From: Candidatus Moanibacter sp.
GTDB lineage: Bacteria; Verrucomicrobiota; Verrucomicrobiia; Opitutales; UBA2987
Assembly: GCA_965215885.1 (NCBI GenBank)
Contig: CBDCEW010000075.1
Location: 1 to 64,000, forward strand
DNA length: 64,000 nt
Reading direction: 5' to 3'
Shown: one piece after another, positions 43,417 to 52,724 of the stretch
How positions within the stretch are numbered: the first letter of the stretch is position 1
Layout of the letters: each line of letters opens with the position of its first letter
The notes under the pieces: generated by a model
Databases searched by the model: none
What the model was told of the DNA's origin: nothing
Seen by the model: only the letters and a program-made list of their open reading frames with translations
Translations under genes and position numbers: made by a program

Positions 43417-45333
43417 GACCTTATCCGAAAAGCTACTGATTGGCCGCAAAGAGGCGCAAAAGGCGCAAGAAAAACTTGAGAAAAATCATTTTTTGGCTTG
43501 ATAAAAAGTGTCGCAACATGCTAGTGTTTAACAACTTAAGATTAAGAAAGGAGTTAAACATGCCAACATGTGCGACAGAGGAGAACAAAAGCGATAAGAC
43601 GCCCCTTAGCAACCTCATTCTGCCGGTTCCAGACACGGATTTCCGTGATTTTCTGGATGAAGTTGAAGAATTGGCCGGGTTCGCGGCGCAAATCATCGAG
43701 GCGATCGAGAAGGATCTGGACGCCCATGCGCGTGAGAAGAAGAAACTTCGATTGGAAGATCGCAGGTTCTTTGAAGGGCGCACAGCGGAGCTGCCGGAGC
43801 TGGACATCGAGGAGGAGAATATTCTGGCTGCTGAATTGAATCTTGGGGCAGGCCGGCCGCGGATGCCGGCTTATGCGGTATACGTGTTCGTGATGATTCG
43901 AGGGTTTCTGGGTTCGTTGACCACGAAACCGGCACGGCGGTTTGTGCGCGAGTCGATGAGCTTGTACGGATTTTTGCAGAGCGGGGGACTGAGAATGCCG
44001 GCGGTGACGACGATTCTGGAGAACGTGAACCTGGTCAGCCATACGACCCGCGAGTTGATCTTTGATAAACAGATTGGGTTTATCCTCCAGGAGCAATGGG
44101 ACGATTTCGGGAAGCTGACGATCGACAGCACCTCGGTGAAAGCAAACAGCTGCTGGCCCACCGATGGGAAGATTCTGAGCGGTCTTTTGATGCGGGCCAA
44201 TCGTTTGGGTCAGAAGTTGCATGTCTTCGGGCTGGAGGATTTTCGCAAGGGATGGGTTGGGCGTTGGCTGGAGGAAATGGACAAGCTGGAGTTTCAGATT
44301 TGTCTGGCCGCGGGCAAACCGAAGTCGAAGGGCAAGCTGAAGAAACACTACCGGCGGTTGCTCAAGCGGGGCCGCAAGGCGGCCGACTCACTAACGGGGG
44401 AACTGAGCCATCTTGAAGAGGGCCTGTCGATGGATTCACTGCCTCCCACTCGCCGGGAGCTTCTGGAGCGGGCATTGAGCCAGATCAGGGGCGATATTGC
44501 CGACGCCAAGCGGGTTGTTGAGTATGCTCATGATCGGGTGTTTCACGAAAAGAAGCTACCGTCCACACAGAAGGTCCTGAGCCTCTCGGACGGATCGGCG
44601 GCCTACATCAAGAAGGGCAGCCGCAATCCAGTGATCGGGTACAAGCCACAACTGGTTCGCAGCGAAAACGGTTTTGTCACCAGCCTGATCGTACCGCAAG
44701 GCAACGCGGCAGACTCCATTGAGCTGGCGCCGGCCATCGGCGATTCGATCAAGCGCACCGGTGTCATTGCTGAACTGGTCAGCACCGATGACGGATATGC
44801 TTCGGCGAAGGGACGCAAGGAGGTGCTGAGCATGGGGGTAAAGCAGATCAGTATCAGTGGGGCGAAGGGCAAGAAGTTGACCACCCCCGAGGACTGGGAG
44901 AGCGAGGCGTATCGCGAGGCACGCCGCGATCGCTCCGCAGTGGAGTCGCTGATGTTCACGATTAAAGATGGATTTGCCTTTGGCGAACTCGGCCGCCGCG
45001 GCATCGATGCGGTAGGCGATGAACTGCTCGAGAAGGTTCTGGCCTACAACTTCTGCCGCATCATACTGATGAAGAAACGCCGAGGGGAGGAACTGGAACA
45101 GGCAGCCTGAATCTGACCGCTTTGAAGCTCAGAGAAAAAAGCACCACGGGATGAGTATGCCTCCAGACAGCGGCAAATATACGTATTGTGCAGCAAGCCA
45201 CGCCGATGGCCGCTCAATACCTGCTCATCGGCAGCGCCGGCAGCCTAAAACCCGAAACCTGCCAGCCATAGGCTGGTCCGCCCGTGGCGGAGAACCTTAA
45301 ACCGCCCGCTCGAAAGGCTTTTCGAATGGGGTC
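43417..45333 (+). mobile_element. IS5/ISNCY-like insertion sequence
   Basis: IRs GACCTTATCCGAAAAGC / GACCCCATTCGAAAAGC; duplication TAGTAA at 43411-43416 and 45334-45339 (ends ambiguous by 1 nt). Confidence 0.85.
43560..45110 (+). CDS. DDE transposase (IS5/ISNCY-like)
   Basis: AAGGAG RBS before ATG 43560; IDST.VKAN..WPTD, TDDGY, R.AVES motifs. Confidence 0.85.
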   Translation: MPTCATEENKSDKTPLSNLILPVPDTDFRDFLDEVEELAGFAAQIIEAIEKDLDAHAREKKKLRLEDRRFFEGRTAELPELDIEEENILAAELNLGAGRPRMPAYAVYVFVMIRGFLGSLTTKPARRFVRESMSLYGFLQSGGLRMPAVTTILENVNLVSHTTRELIFDKQIGFILQEQWDDFGKLTIDSTSVKANSCWPTDGKILSGLLMRANRLGQKLHVFGLEDFRKGWVGRWLEEMDKLEFQICLAAGKPKSKGKLKKHYRRLLKRGRKAADSLTGELSHLEEGLSMDSLPPTRRELLERALSQIRGDIADAKRVVEYAHDRVFHEKKLPSTQKVLSLSDGSAAYIKKGSRNPVIGYKPQLVRSENGFVTSLIVPQGNAADSIELAPAIGDSIKRTGVIAELVSTDDGYASAKGRKEVLSMGVKQISISGAKGKKLTTPEDWESEAYREARRDRSAVESLMFTIKDGFAFGELGRRGIDAVGDELLEKVLAYNFCRIILMKKRRGEELEQAA

Positions 45334-45814
45334 TAGTAAAGGCCGGAGACATTTTCCCGGACCAAAAGAAGATCCGTATCCGCCGTCCATTCCGGGCGAA
45401 TATGACTAACGCCACTCAGCTCCGGGTAGGCACGAATGGGAACCAATTTGCAGAACAGATGGAATTGACGCCTCAGGTCGTAGACAAAACGGCCGTCAAC
45501 CGGACCGCAGAGGAGACCGCCCCGTTCGGAAAATAGCTCGCGGCAAAATTCCAGAAAATCCGTGGACACCTGTTTCTCCTCGTCCCGTATCGCCGATCCC
45601 GAAAAGCGTCGGATCTCAAAGGGGCGCCCACTCGTGTCACCGACCGACTGAAGAACTGCCAATGCCGCCGCGATGACCTCGCTGCCGATGCCTTCGCCAT
45701 CCAAGACACCGATCAGGGAACGGTGCCGATCGGGAGGGGTCGCAAAAGCCTCGGAGACGGACTCGGTCCATCGACAGGGTGAAGGAGGGTGCGTGGCGGC
45801 TACCGAATTCACAA

Positions 45815-45999
45815 CTAGCCCGGACATTTCACACACTTCGTAGCGAGACGGCGGAGGTTGCGAAGCAACAAGGGCTTACCGAAGTCCGGAGGATGACGGT
45901 CCCGGCGTGCCGAAATGGAAGTCGGCGGACAAGGGAAGTCCTTGAGGCGTCCCGGCACGCCGGGACCGAAGCAGATGGCTTGTGAAATTTGCGGGCTAG
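45815..45999. mobile_element. MITE-like element family A copy
   Basis: CTAGCCCGGACATTTCACACACTTCGTAG ... TTGTGAAATTTGCGGGCTAG. Confidence 0.85.
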
Positions 46000-46352
46000 T
46001 AGCGGCGGCCGCCACCGCCCCCTCCTCTGCCACCGCCACGTCCTCCTCTATCACCGCCACGTCCTCCTCTGCCGCCGCCCCCTCCCCCATCACCATAACG
46101 GGGTCTTTCCGTTCGTGGGCGAGCCTCATTGACGTTGAGCGTTCTGCCTTGTAGCTCTGTTTCATTCAGGCCATCGATTGCAGACTGCGCTTCATCTTTA
46201 GAGGGCATCTCTACGAATCCAAATCCTTTTGATTCACCGGTATACTTGTCATTTATAATAGCGGCGGATTCAACCTGCCCGAATGCTTCGAATGCCACCC
46301 TTAAATCCTCTTCGGTGACATTGTAGGATATATTTCCGACATAGATATTCAT
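45996..46352 (-). CDS. RRM-domain RNA-binding protein with Gly/Arg-rich tail
   Basis: IYVGNI (RNP2), KGFGFVEM (RNP1), VNEARPR, RGG repeats. Confidence 0.95.
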   Translation of the reverse strand: MNIYVGNISYNVTEEDLRVAFEAFGQVESAAIINDKYTGESKGFGFVEMPSKDEAQSAIDGLNETELQGRTLNVNEARPRTERPRYGDGGGGGGRGGRGGDRGGRGGGRGGGGGGRRY

Positions 46353-46624
46353 TCTGTTCTCCCTTTATTAATTAGTCAAAAACTCGCACACAGCCTGACG
46401 CCCGGCCTCACACCCGAGGCCTTGGCTAATTGTGTAAAGTCTAAGGTTCTAAAGTTCCTATTTATTTGTGCGTTCGCAATATTAGATCTGCCGCAACTCT
46501 GCGGCGCTATATGCTCTAATCTACACTATCGCGGGGATTAAAACACGTTGTCAAGGAAGAAAAGACGGGCGACGGCCAGTAAGATCGGAGTTTTGAAAGT
46601 GGGAACAGTAAGTACGACAGATTC

Positions 46625-46681
46625 CTAGCCCGGACATTTCACACACTTCGTAGTAGAAGGTTTGTGGGATGTTCGGGCTAA
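46625..46681. mobile_element. Internally deleted MITE family A copy (TIRs only)
   Basis: CTAGCCCGGACATTTCACACACTTCGTAGTAGAAGGTTTGTGGGATGTTCGGGCTAA. Confidence 0.8.
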
Positions 46682-48135
46682 CTCCTCGCCTCAATCGCCC
46701 AATTGTAGACATCGCTGTAGAGGGCGGCCGACTGTTTCCAGGAGAAGTCTTTCCTCATACCGTTAAGTCTGAGTTGCCGGAAGTCATCAGGATGCTCGGT
46801 AAAGAGCATGTAGGCTTTTCGGATCGCCTGAAACAGAGCTTGCTCATCGGCTTCATCGAAGAGGAAACCTGTGCCACTGGAATCGTTTTCGCTGAACTCC
46901 TCGACCGTATCCACGAGGCCGCCGGTAGCTCGTACAACGGGAGGAGCGCCGTATTTCATGGCGTACATCTGGCTCAAGCCACAAGGTTCAAAGCGGCTGG
47001 GCATAACGTAAGAGTCCGAACCGGCAAATATAAGATGGGCAAGCCTGTTGCTGAATCCCAAGTGGAGACCAAACTTTCCGGGGTATTCATGCGACAATTT
47101 TTTCAAGGTGTTTTGCAGTTCACGATCTCCTTCGCCGAGCACCGCAACCTGAATTTTGAACTTCGTCACGATCCTGGGAATGATAGCGGCCAGAAGATCC
47201 AGACCCTTCTGCGGGTAAAGTCGGGATACGACGCCCAATAACATACACTCGGCACGAAGTTTCAGGCCGAATGCAACCTGCAATGATCTCTTGCAATCCG
47301 TCTTATGTTCCAGGCTCTCTTCGGAGAATCTGGTTGGAATTAACCGGTCCTTCGAAGGATCCCATTCATCCGTATCAATTCCATTCTGAATTCCGATGAT
47401 GTCGGCGGCCCGAAATTCCAAAACTTCATCGAGGCCGCAGCCGAACTCGGGACTCCGAATCTCAACGGCATAATTGGGGCTCACAGTGGTTATCTTGGTT
47501 GCGTTATAAAGTCCCCCTTTGAGTAGATTCGCGCTTCCCATAGCCTCCAGACAGTCGGGACGATAGACATCGCTGGGAAGATTGGCATACTCCACGATTT
47601 CCGACGAGCAGAGACCTTGATAGGCCAGGTTATGGATCGTTAACACACTTGCCGCACTTCCCAGCGGCTCGCCGTGGTCGGTTGTGTTGAGCATCAGGGG
47701 AACCAGCGCTGCAGGCCAGTCGTGGCAGTGGACTACATCCGGCATCCATCCCATATAATAACAGAGATCGAGCGCAGCGCGGCCCAGGAAAGTAAACCTC
47801 TTATCGTTTCCATGGCGTTCCGCGGCTGGTCCTTCGTAGATATCGGGATCAACGTAGTAAGCATCGTACTCGATAAAATAGGTATCGATTACGGTGCCCG
47901 GCAAACGGGTCTCCCAGACATAGGCCTGAATCGTTTCAGGACCGAGATAGACGTGAAGCGGCATATCGTATCGAATCCAGCTACTCTCTCGCTCGACACA
48001 TCCGTAGAGTGGGCAAACGATACGTACTTCGTGTCCCAAATCAGTTAAACCTTTGGGCAGAGCTCCTGCCACGTCCGCCAAGCCACCCACTTTTACAAAC
48101 GGCGATAACTCCGTTGTTATCATCAGGACTTTCAT
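46678..48135 (-). CDS. glgA: Glycogen synthase
   Basis: KVGGLADV, HCHDW, TIHNLAYQG, PSRFEPCGL. Confidence 0.96.
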   Translation of the reverse strand: MKVLMITTELSPFVKVGGLADVAGALPKGLTDLGHEVRIVCPLYGCVERESSWIRYDMPLHVYLGPETIQAYVWETRLPGTVIDTYFIEYDAYYVDPDIYEGPAAERHGNDKRFTFLGRAALDLCYYMGWMPDVVHCHDWPAALVPLMLNTTDHGEPLGSAASVLTIHNLAYQGLCSSEIVEYANLPSDVYRPDCLEAMGSANLLKGGLYNATKITTVSPNYAVEIRSPEFGCGLDEVLEFRAADIIGIQNGIDTDEWDPSKDRLIPTRFSEESLEHKTDCKRSLQVAFGLKLRAECMLLGVVSRLYPQKGLDLLAAIIPRIVTKFKIQVAVLGEGDRELQNTLKKLSHEYPGKFGLHLGFSNRLAHLIFAGSDSYVMPSRFEPCGLSQMYAMKYGAPPVVRATGGLVDTVEEFSENDSSGTGFLFDEADEQALFQAIRKAYMLFTEHPDDFRQLRLNGMRKDFSWKQSAALYSDVYNWAIEARS

Positions 48136-48330
48136 ATATTACCGGCTCTTCAGAAATAATCAGTAGGAGGAAAGCGTAGCCTAGTAGCGAGGTCAAGTTC
48201 GGCCCAGGGTGGCCAAATATCTTGTCCTCGCGAACCTTGTCGTAAGCCTTGTCGATTTGGTTTCGGTTCGAGATGCCTTCAAAGGTACCAGTCGCTCTCG
48301 TTCTCGTAATCGCTCTCGTTCTCGAAGAGG

Positions 48331-48792
48331 GTGCCCGCTAAAGACGCGAAAATGCGCGAAAGCGGGATAACAGAGTGGAAGTAATAGCAACGGATAAAAG
48401 CACAGCAGCGGATGAATTGAGACTCGCGATGATTTACCCACGTTGGGCTGCGCCCCATCCCACTGTGCTTGCCAGTAAATCTTGTTCCCGTGATCAAATA
48501 AAGGCTCGGATGAGCTATCCTCCTTCATCGACCACCGCAAGGAACCGTGGGATGGCTACTGCATCAGTGGGTACACTCTTTGTCGTGCTCGTGATCGTCT
48601 GGTGAGTCACTATGAGAGAAAGGATGCCGTTCAAACCCCCTATCGTGATCATAATCGTGATCTAGAATCGAAAGAAGAATAACCGCGAGAATCCGCTTGA
48701 GGCGGAGACGGGGAGAGGGGATACCAATTCGATCTCCTCGTCGTGAATCATAATTGTAATCTAAAGTCGAAAAGAGGAAGATCAACCGCAGA
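48331..48792. repeat. ~460-bp non-coding repeat unit, copy 1 of 3
   Basis: Closely similar to 50040-50500 and 51066-51527. Confidence 0.92.
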
Positions 48793-49428
48793 CCAGTTTT
48801 CCCACGGATTCGACCCGTCTTCTCCTGCTCAGCGGGATGCGCCGAGCCAAGGGAAACCGCGGATTTTCAAAAGGGATTGCCCGCCAAACACGCAAAAAAT
48901 ACGCGAAAGAGGCGAGAGCAATGGGATCATGACAGCATGGAATGCGGCCCTTCCCGTAGCCGGACGACTTCGTCTTTCGGTCTTCCGGGCGTCCATTTCG
49001 ATAGCGCACAAGAGGGAAGGGATCGCAGCGAATGAATGAAGGGCAGGTGGAGCTTTTCCTCCCGTGAGGGAATCTTCGTCGTAAGCTTCCTCGTCAACTC
49101 TGTCGTCGTTTTCGGTCGATCGACAAAGCTCGCGACAAAGGTAGGGGGCCAAGTAGTGAAGAGAAAGAATCGATCAAGCTTACGACGAAGCTCACGATTG
49201 AGTTTGGGAAGGGGCCTCTTCGACCCGCAAGGGAAACTTCGTCGTAAGCTTCGGCGTCAACTTCGTCGTCCCTTCCACTCGATTCCTCGACTAAGCTTAC
49301 GATTGAGTTTTGGGGAACTTCTCCACCCGTAAGGGAAACTCTGTCGCGAGCTTTGTCGTCAACTTCGTCGTCCCTTCGGGTCCGAATCGAACTTCGCTTA
49401 CGCTTATGATTACGATTTTTGACTGAGG

Positions 49429-49977
49429 TCAGAAGATCTGAGCGGCATCAAGGGCAAGGCCCGGAAAAAGACGCGAGGTTACGGAGTCGCCACTTTCGAA
49501 GATCTTATATGGTTCGACGGGATTTTCCTGAAGGTCGTAGAGGGAAATTCGCTTTTCAATCGGGTCGATGAGCCAGAGTTCCACAACACCAAATTGCGCG
49601 TACGCCTTGCGCTTTAGATCCCGGTCGATTCCGAGGGTTGAAGGGGAGAGTATCTCGACCGCGAGATCGGGGGCACCTTCCAGCCCGTTCTCTCCAATAA
49701 TCTGTAATCGCTCTCTCCCCACAAAGATGAGGTCGGGCTGAAATACATCGACTTCCGAGAGCCGGACATCAAGGGGTGCGAGATAAACCTCGCCCATTTC
49801 ACTTTTTCTAACAAAAGGCGTCAAAACCAAATGAAGATTTCCCAGAATCTTCTGATGGTAAGATGTCGGTGACGGAGTCATGTAGAGCCTTCCTCCTATT
49901 AGTTGATAATACGGGGGTCCTTCCGGAAGTTGCTGAAATTCATCAGCGGTAATCTGTATCTCTGCACTCAAGACCAT
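49429..49977 (-). CDS. Uma2-family (DUF820) PD-(D/E)xK-like endonuclease
   Basis: YQLIGG.L.M.PSP...HQ, QPDL, GAPDLAVEILSPST, K...Y...GV.E.W.IDP. Confidence 0.92.
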   Translation of the reverse strand: MVLSAEIQITADEFQQLPEGPPYYQLIGGRLYMTPSPTSYHQKILGNLHLVLTPFVRKSEMGEVYLAPLDVRLSEVDVFQPDLIFVGRERLQIIGENGLEGAPDLAVEILSPSTLGIDRDLKRKAYAQFGVVELWLIDPIEKRISLYDLQENPVEPYKIFESGDSVTSRLFPGLALDAAQIF

Positions 49978-50039
49978 GGCTAAATCCTAATGAATCATTT
50001 TACCGAACACCCACCGACATGCAAACACGAAGTTTGGGA

Positions 50040-50610
50040 GTGCCCGCTAAAGACGCGAAAATGCGCGAAAGCGGGATACAGAGTGGAAGTTATAGCAACG
50101 TATAAAAGCACAGCAGCGGATGAATTGAGACTCGCGATGATTTACCCACGTTGGGCTGCGCCCCATCCCACTGTGCTTGCCAGTAAATCTTGTTCCCCTG
50201 ATCAAATAAAGGCTCGGATGAGCTATCCTCCTTCATCGACCACCGGCAAGGAACCGTGGGATGGCTACTGCATCAGTGGGTACACTCTTTGTCGTGCTCG
50301 TGATCGTCTGGTGAGTCACGATGAGAAAAGGAAGGCCTTCCAAACTTCCTATCGTAATCATAATCGTGATCTAAAATCGAAACAAGAATAACCGCGAGAA
50401 TCCGCTTGAGGCGGAGACGGGGAGAGGGGATACCAATTCGATCTCCTCGTCGTGAATCATAATCGTAATCTAAAGTCGAAAAGAAGAAGATCGACCGCAG
50501 ATCACGATTTGGAATCACGATGGGAAAAAGGAAAGCGTTCAATCTTCCTGTCGTCGTCATAATCGTAGTCGATGGTCGAAATTCATCGTTCAACGAAGTT
50601 TACGACCAGG
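50040..50610. repeat. Non-coding repeat unit, copy 2 (extended)
   Basis: Direct repeat of copies 1 and 3. Confidence 0.9.
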
Positions 50611-50686
50611 CTTACGCCAAAGTTTAGGTTTCGAAGGGGGGAGATCGACTGTCGATTACGATTATGATTACGATTTTCGATTGGGG

Positions 50687-51003
50687 TCAAAAGATCTGAG
50701 CGGTATCAAAGGCAAGGCCGGGAAAGAGACGCGAGGTTACGGAGTCGCCACTTTCGAGAATCTTATAGGGTTCGACGGGATTTTCCTGAAGGTCGTAGAA
50801 GGAAATTCGCTTTTCAATCGGGTCGATTAGCCAGAGTTCCACGGCGCCAATACTAAATGGAGATTTCCCAGGATCTTCTGGTGGCACGAAGTCGGTGACG
50901 GGGTCATGAAGAGTTTTCCTCCAATTAATTGATAATACGGGGGACCTTCCGGGAGCTGCTGATATTCATCAGCGGTAATCTGTATCTCTGCACTCAAGAC
51001 CAT
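50687..51003 (-). pseudogene. Degenerate tandem copy of the Uma2 gene
   Basis: Same 5' and 3' ends as 49429-49977 but 232 nt shorter, lacking the QPD...VEILSPS core. Confidence 0.88.
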
Positions 51004-51065
51004 GGCTAAATCCTAGTGAATCATTTTACCGAACACCCACCGACATGCAAACACGAAGTATGGGA

Positions 51066-51650
51066 GTGCCCGCTAAAGACGCGAAAATGCGCGAAGGCGG
51101 GATACAGAGTGGAAGTAATAGCAACGGATAAAAGCACAGCAGCGGATGAATTGAGACTCGCGATGATTTACCCACGGTGGGCTGCGCCCCATCCCACTGT
51201 GCTTGCCAGTAAATCTTGTTCCCGTGATCAAATAAAGGCTCGCATGAGCTATCCTCCTTCATTGACCGCCGCAAGGAACCGTGGGATGGCTACTGCATCA
51301 GTGGGTACACTCTTTGTCGTGCTCGTGATCGTCTGGTGAGTCACGATGAGAAAAGGAAGGCCTTCCGAACTTCCTATCGTAATCATAATCGTGATCTAAA
51401 ATCGAAACAAGAATAACCGCAAGAATCCGCTTGAGGCGGAAACGGGGAGAGGGGATACCAATTCGATCTCCTCGTCGTGAATCATAATCGTAATCTAAAG
51501 TCGAAAAGAGGAAGATCGACTGCAGATCACGATTTGGAATCACGATGAGAGAAGGGAAAGCGTTCAATCCTCCTGTCGTCGTCATAATCGTAATCGAAGG
51601 TCGAAATTGATCGTTCTACAATGTTTACGACGAGGCTTACGACAAAGTTT
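51066..51650. repeat. Non-coding repeat unit, copy 3 (extended)
   Basis: Direct repeat, 1026 nt from copy 2. Confidence 0.9.
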
Positions 51651-51835
51651 GGGAGGAGTTTTCTTCCCGTGAGGGAATCTTCGTCGTCAACTTTGTCGCG
51701 AGCTTTGTCGAAATTTCTCCGCCAGGAGTGAGGCTCTATGCAGCGGAACAATAAACACATGGTGGAGAGGTAGAAACGACCACGTTTACGACGAAGCTTG
51801 CGACAAAGTTTGGGATCGAAGAGGTATCCTTCAAT

Positions 51836-52471
51836 TCAATTCCTTTCTCCCCATGAGTACCTGCCAGCCATACCCTTCCCAATCCGAATCAGTTGCAAAA
51901 CGGCCAATGGGGCAAAAAAGTATACGGTTTGCACGGCCCCTGCCTTCTCCTGAGCCGCCTGGTGGTAAAAGACTAACAGTGCCGCTAGATAGGCCAGACG
52001 ATGTAACCGCTTCCAACGCCGGCCACCGAGTTTGCGCACGGCCCAATCAGTGCTCGTCGAAGCCATTGTAAAGAGTATGAAGAACGCTGTCGCACCGGAG
52101 AGAATAAACGGTTTCTTCAGATTTTCCGGCAGGCTGTAGAATCCACCTTCGTAAACAAAATAGAAAAAGAGATGGAACACCACATACACAAAAGAACTCA
52201 CCCCTAATCGCCGCCGATGCCTGTTGAGGGCATTTACAATTTTCGACCTGGGAAACAGCTTTCGCAGTGGCGTTAGACTGAGAACGGCAATAAACAAAAG
52301 CGTTGCCGTCTTCCCCGCATATTCCAGCAGGTATTTTGCGGCATCCGCCAATACTGTAGGATCGCGAGTAAGAAAGGGATAAATCGGGTAAAGTCCCGGC
52401 AGTGCGATTACGGCATACATCAGTAGCGGTGATCGCAGAAGCTTTACCAGGACTGGCATGAATTGATCCAA
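51836..52471 (-). CDS. msrQ: Methionine sulfoxide reductase heme-binding membrane subunit
   Basis: LTPLR, RRRLG..SF.Y...H, W..LHRL.Y; adjacent to msrP. Confidence 0.88.
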   Translation of the reverse strand: MDQFMPVLVKLLRSPLLMYAVIALPGLYPIYPFLTRDPTVLADAAKYLLEYAGKTATLLFIAVLSLTPLRKLFPRSKIVNALNRHRRRLGVSSFVYVVFHLFFYFVYEGGFYSLPENLKKPFILSGATAFFILFTMASTSTDWAVRKLGGRRWKRLHRLAYLAALLVFYHQAAQEKAGAVQTVYFFAPLAVLQLIRIGKGMAGRYSWGERN

Positions 52472-52585
52472 ATATAACTCTCTAAATCTGGTAATATCCC
52501 GTCACGGAACGCCCGTACGAAGTCGCTAACATTCTCCTACATAATCGTGCCCGTAGGTGAATCGCACTAACGTAGGGCAAGAATC

Positions 52586-52639
52586 GCTCGCAAGCGAGCT
52601 TCCTACGACAAACCTAAGTCTTTGTAGGAAGGCCGCTTG
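52586..52639. repeat. GTAG-type REP-like doublet
   Basis: GCTCGCAAGCGAGCTTCCTAC ... GTAGGAAGGCCGCTTG; inverted copy at 57438-57526. Confidence 0.7.
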
Positions 52640-52724
52640 TCAAAGACTCTGCCGAACGGCAGAGCGGCCGAATCGGAAACATCGGAGATCACCGTAGCGA
52701 TTCCTCAAGTTAGTGGCATTCGTG

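Larger units (their letters stand above)
42726..45812 (-). pseudogene. Isocitrate/isopropylmalate dehydrogenase-family gene split by an IS (5' part ~45812-45334, 3' part ~43410-42726)
   Basis: GEGIGSEV, VRENVSGLY | GE..., NLYGDILADL, HGSARDLAG..ANP motifs; both halves in one frame. Confidence 0.88.

Noticed and set aside
43440..43559. N-terminal extension of the transposase given in the ORF track
   Set aside because: TTG start in repeat-like sequence; a strong RBS supports ATG 43560
48279..48540. Short ORFs inside the triplicated unit (EPLFDHGNKIYWQ faintly recalls four-helix-bundle N-termini)
   Set aside because: Frames differ between copies and the similarity is too short to support
48180..51830. 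CRISPR array
   Set aside because: Repeats are long or degenerate, spacers are not unique or regularly sized, and no cas genes are present
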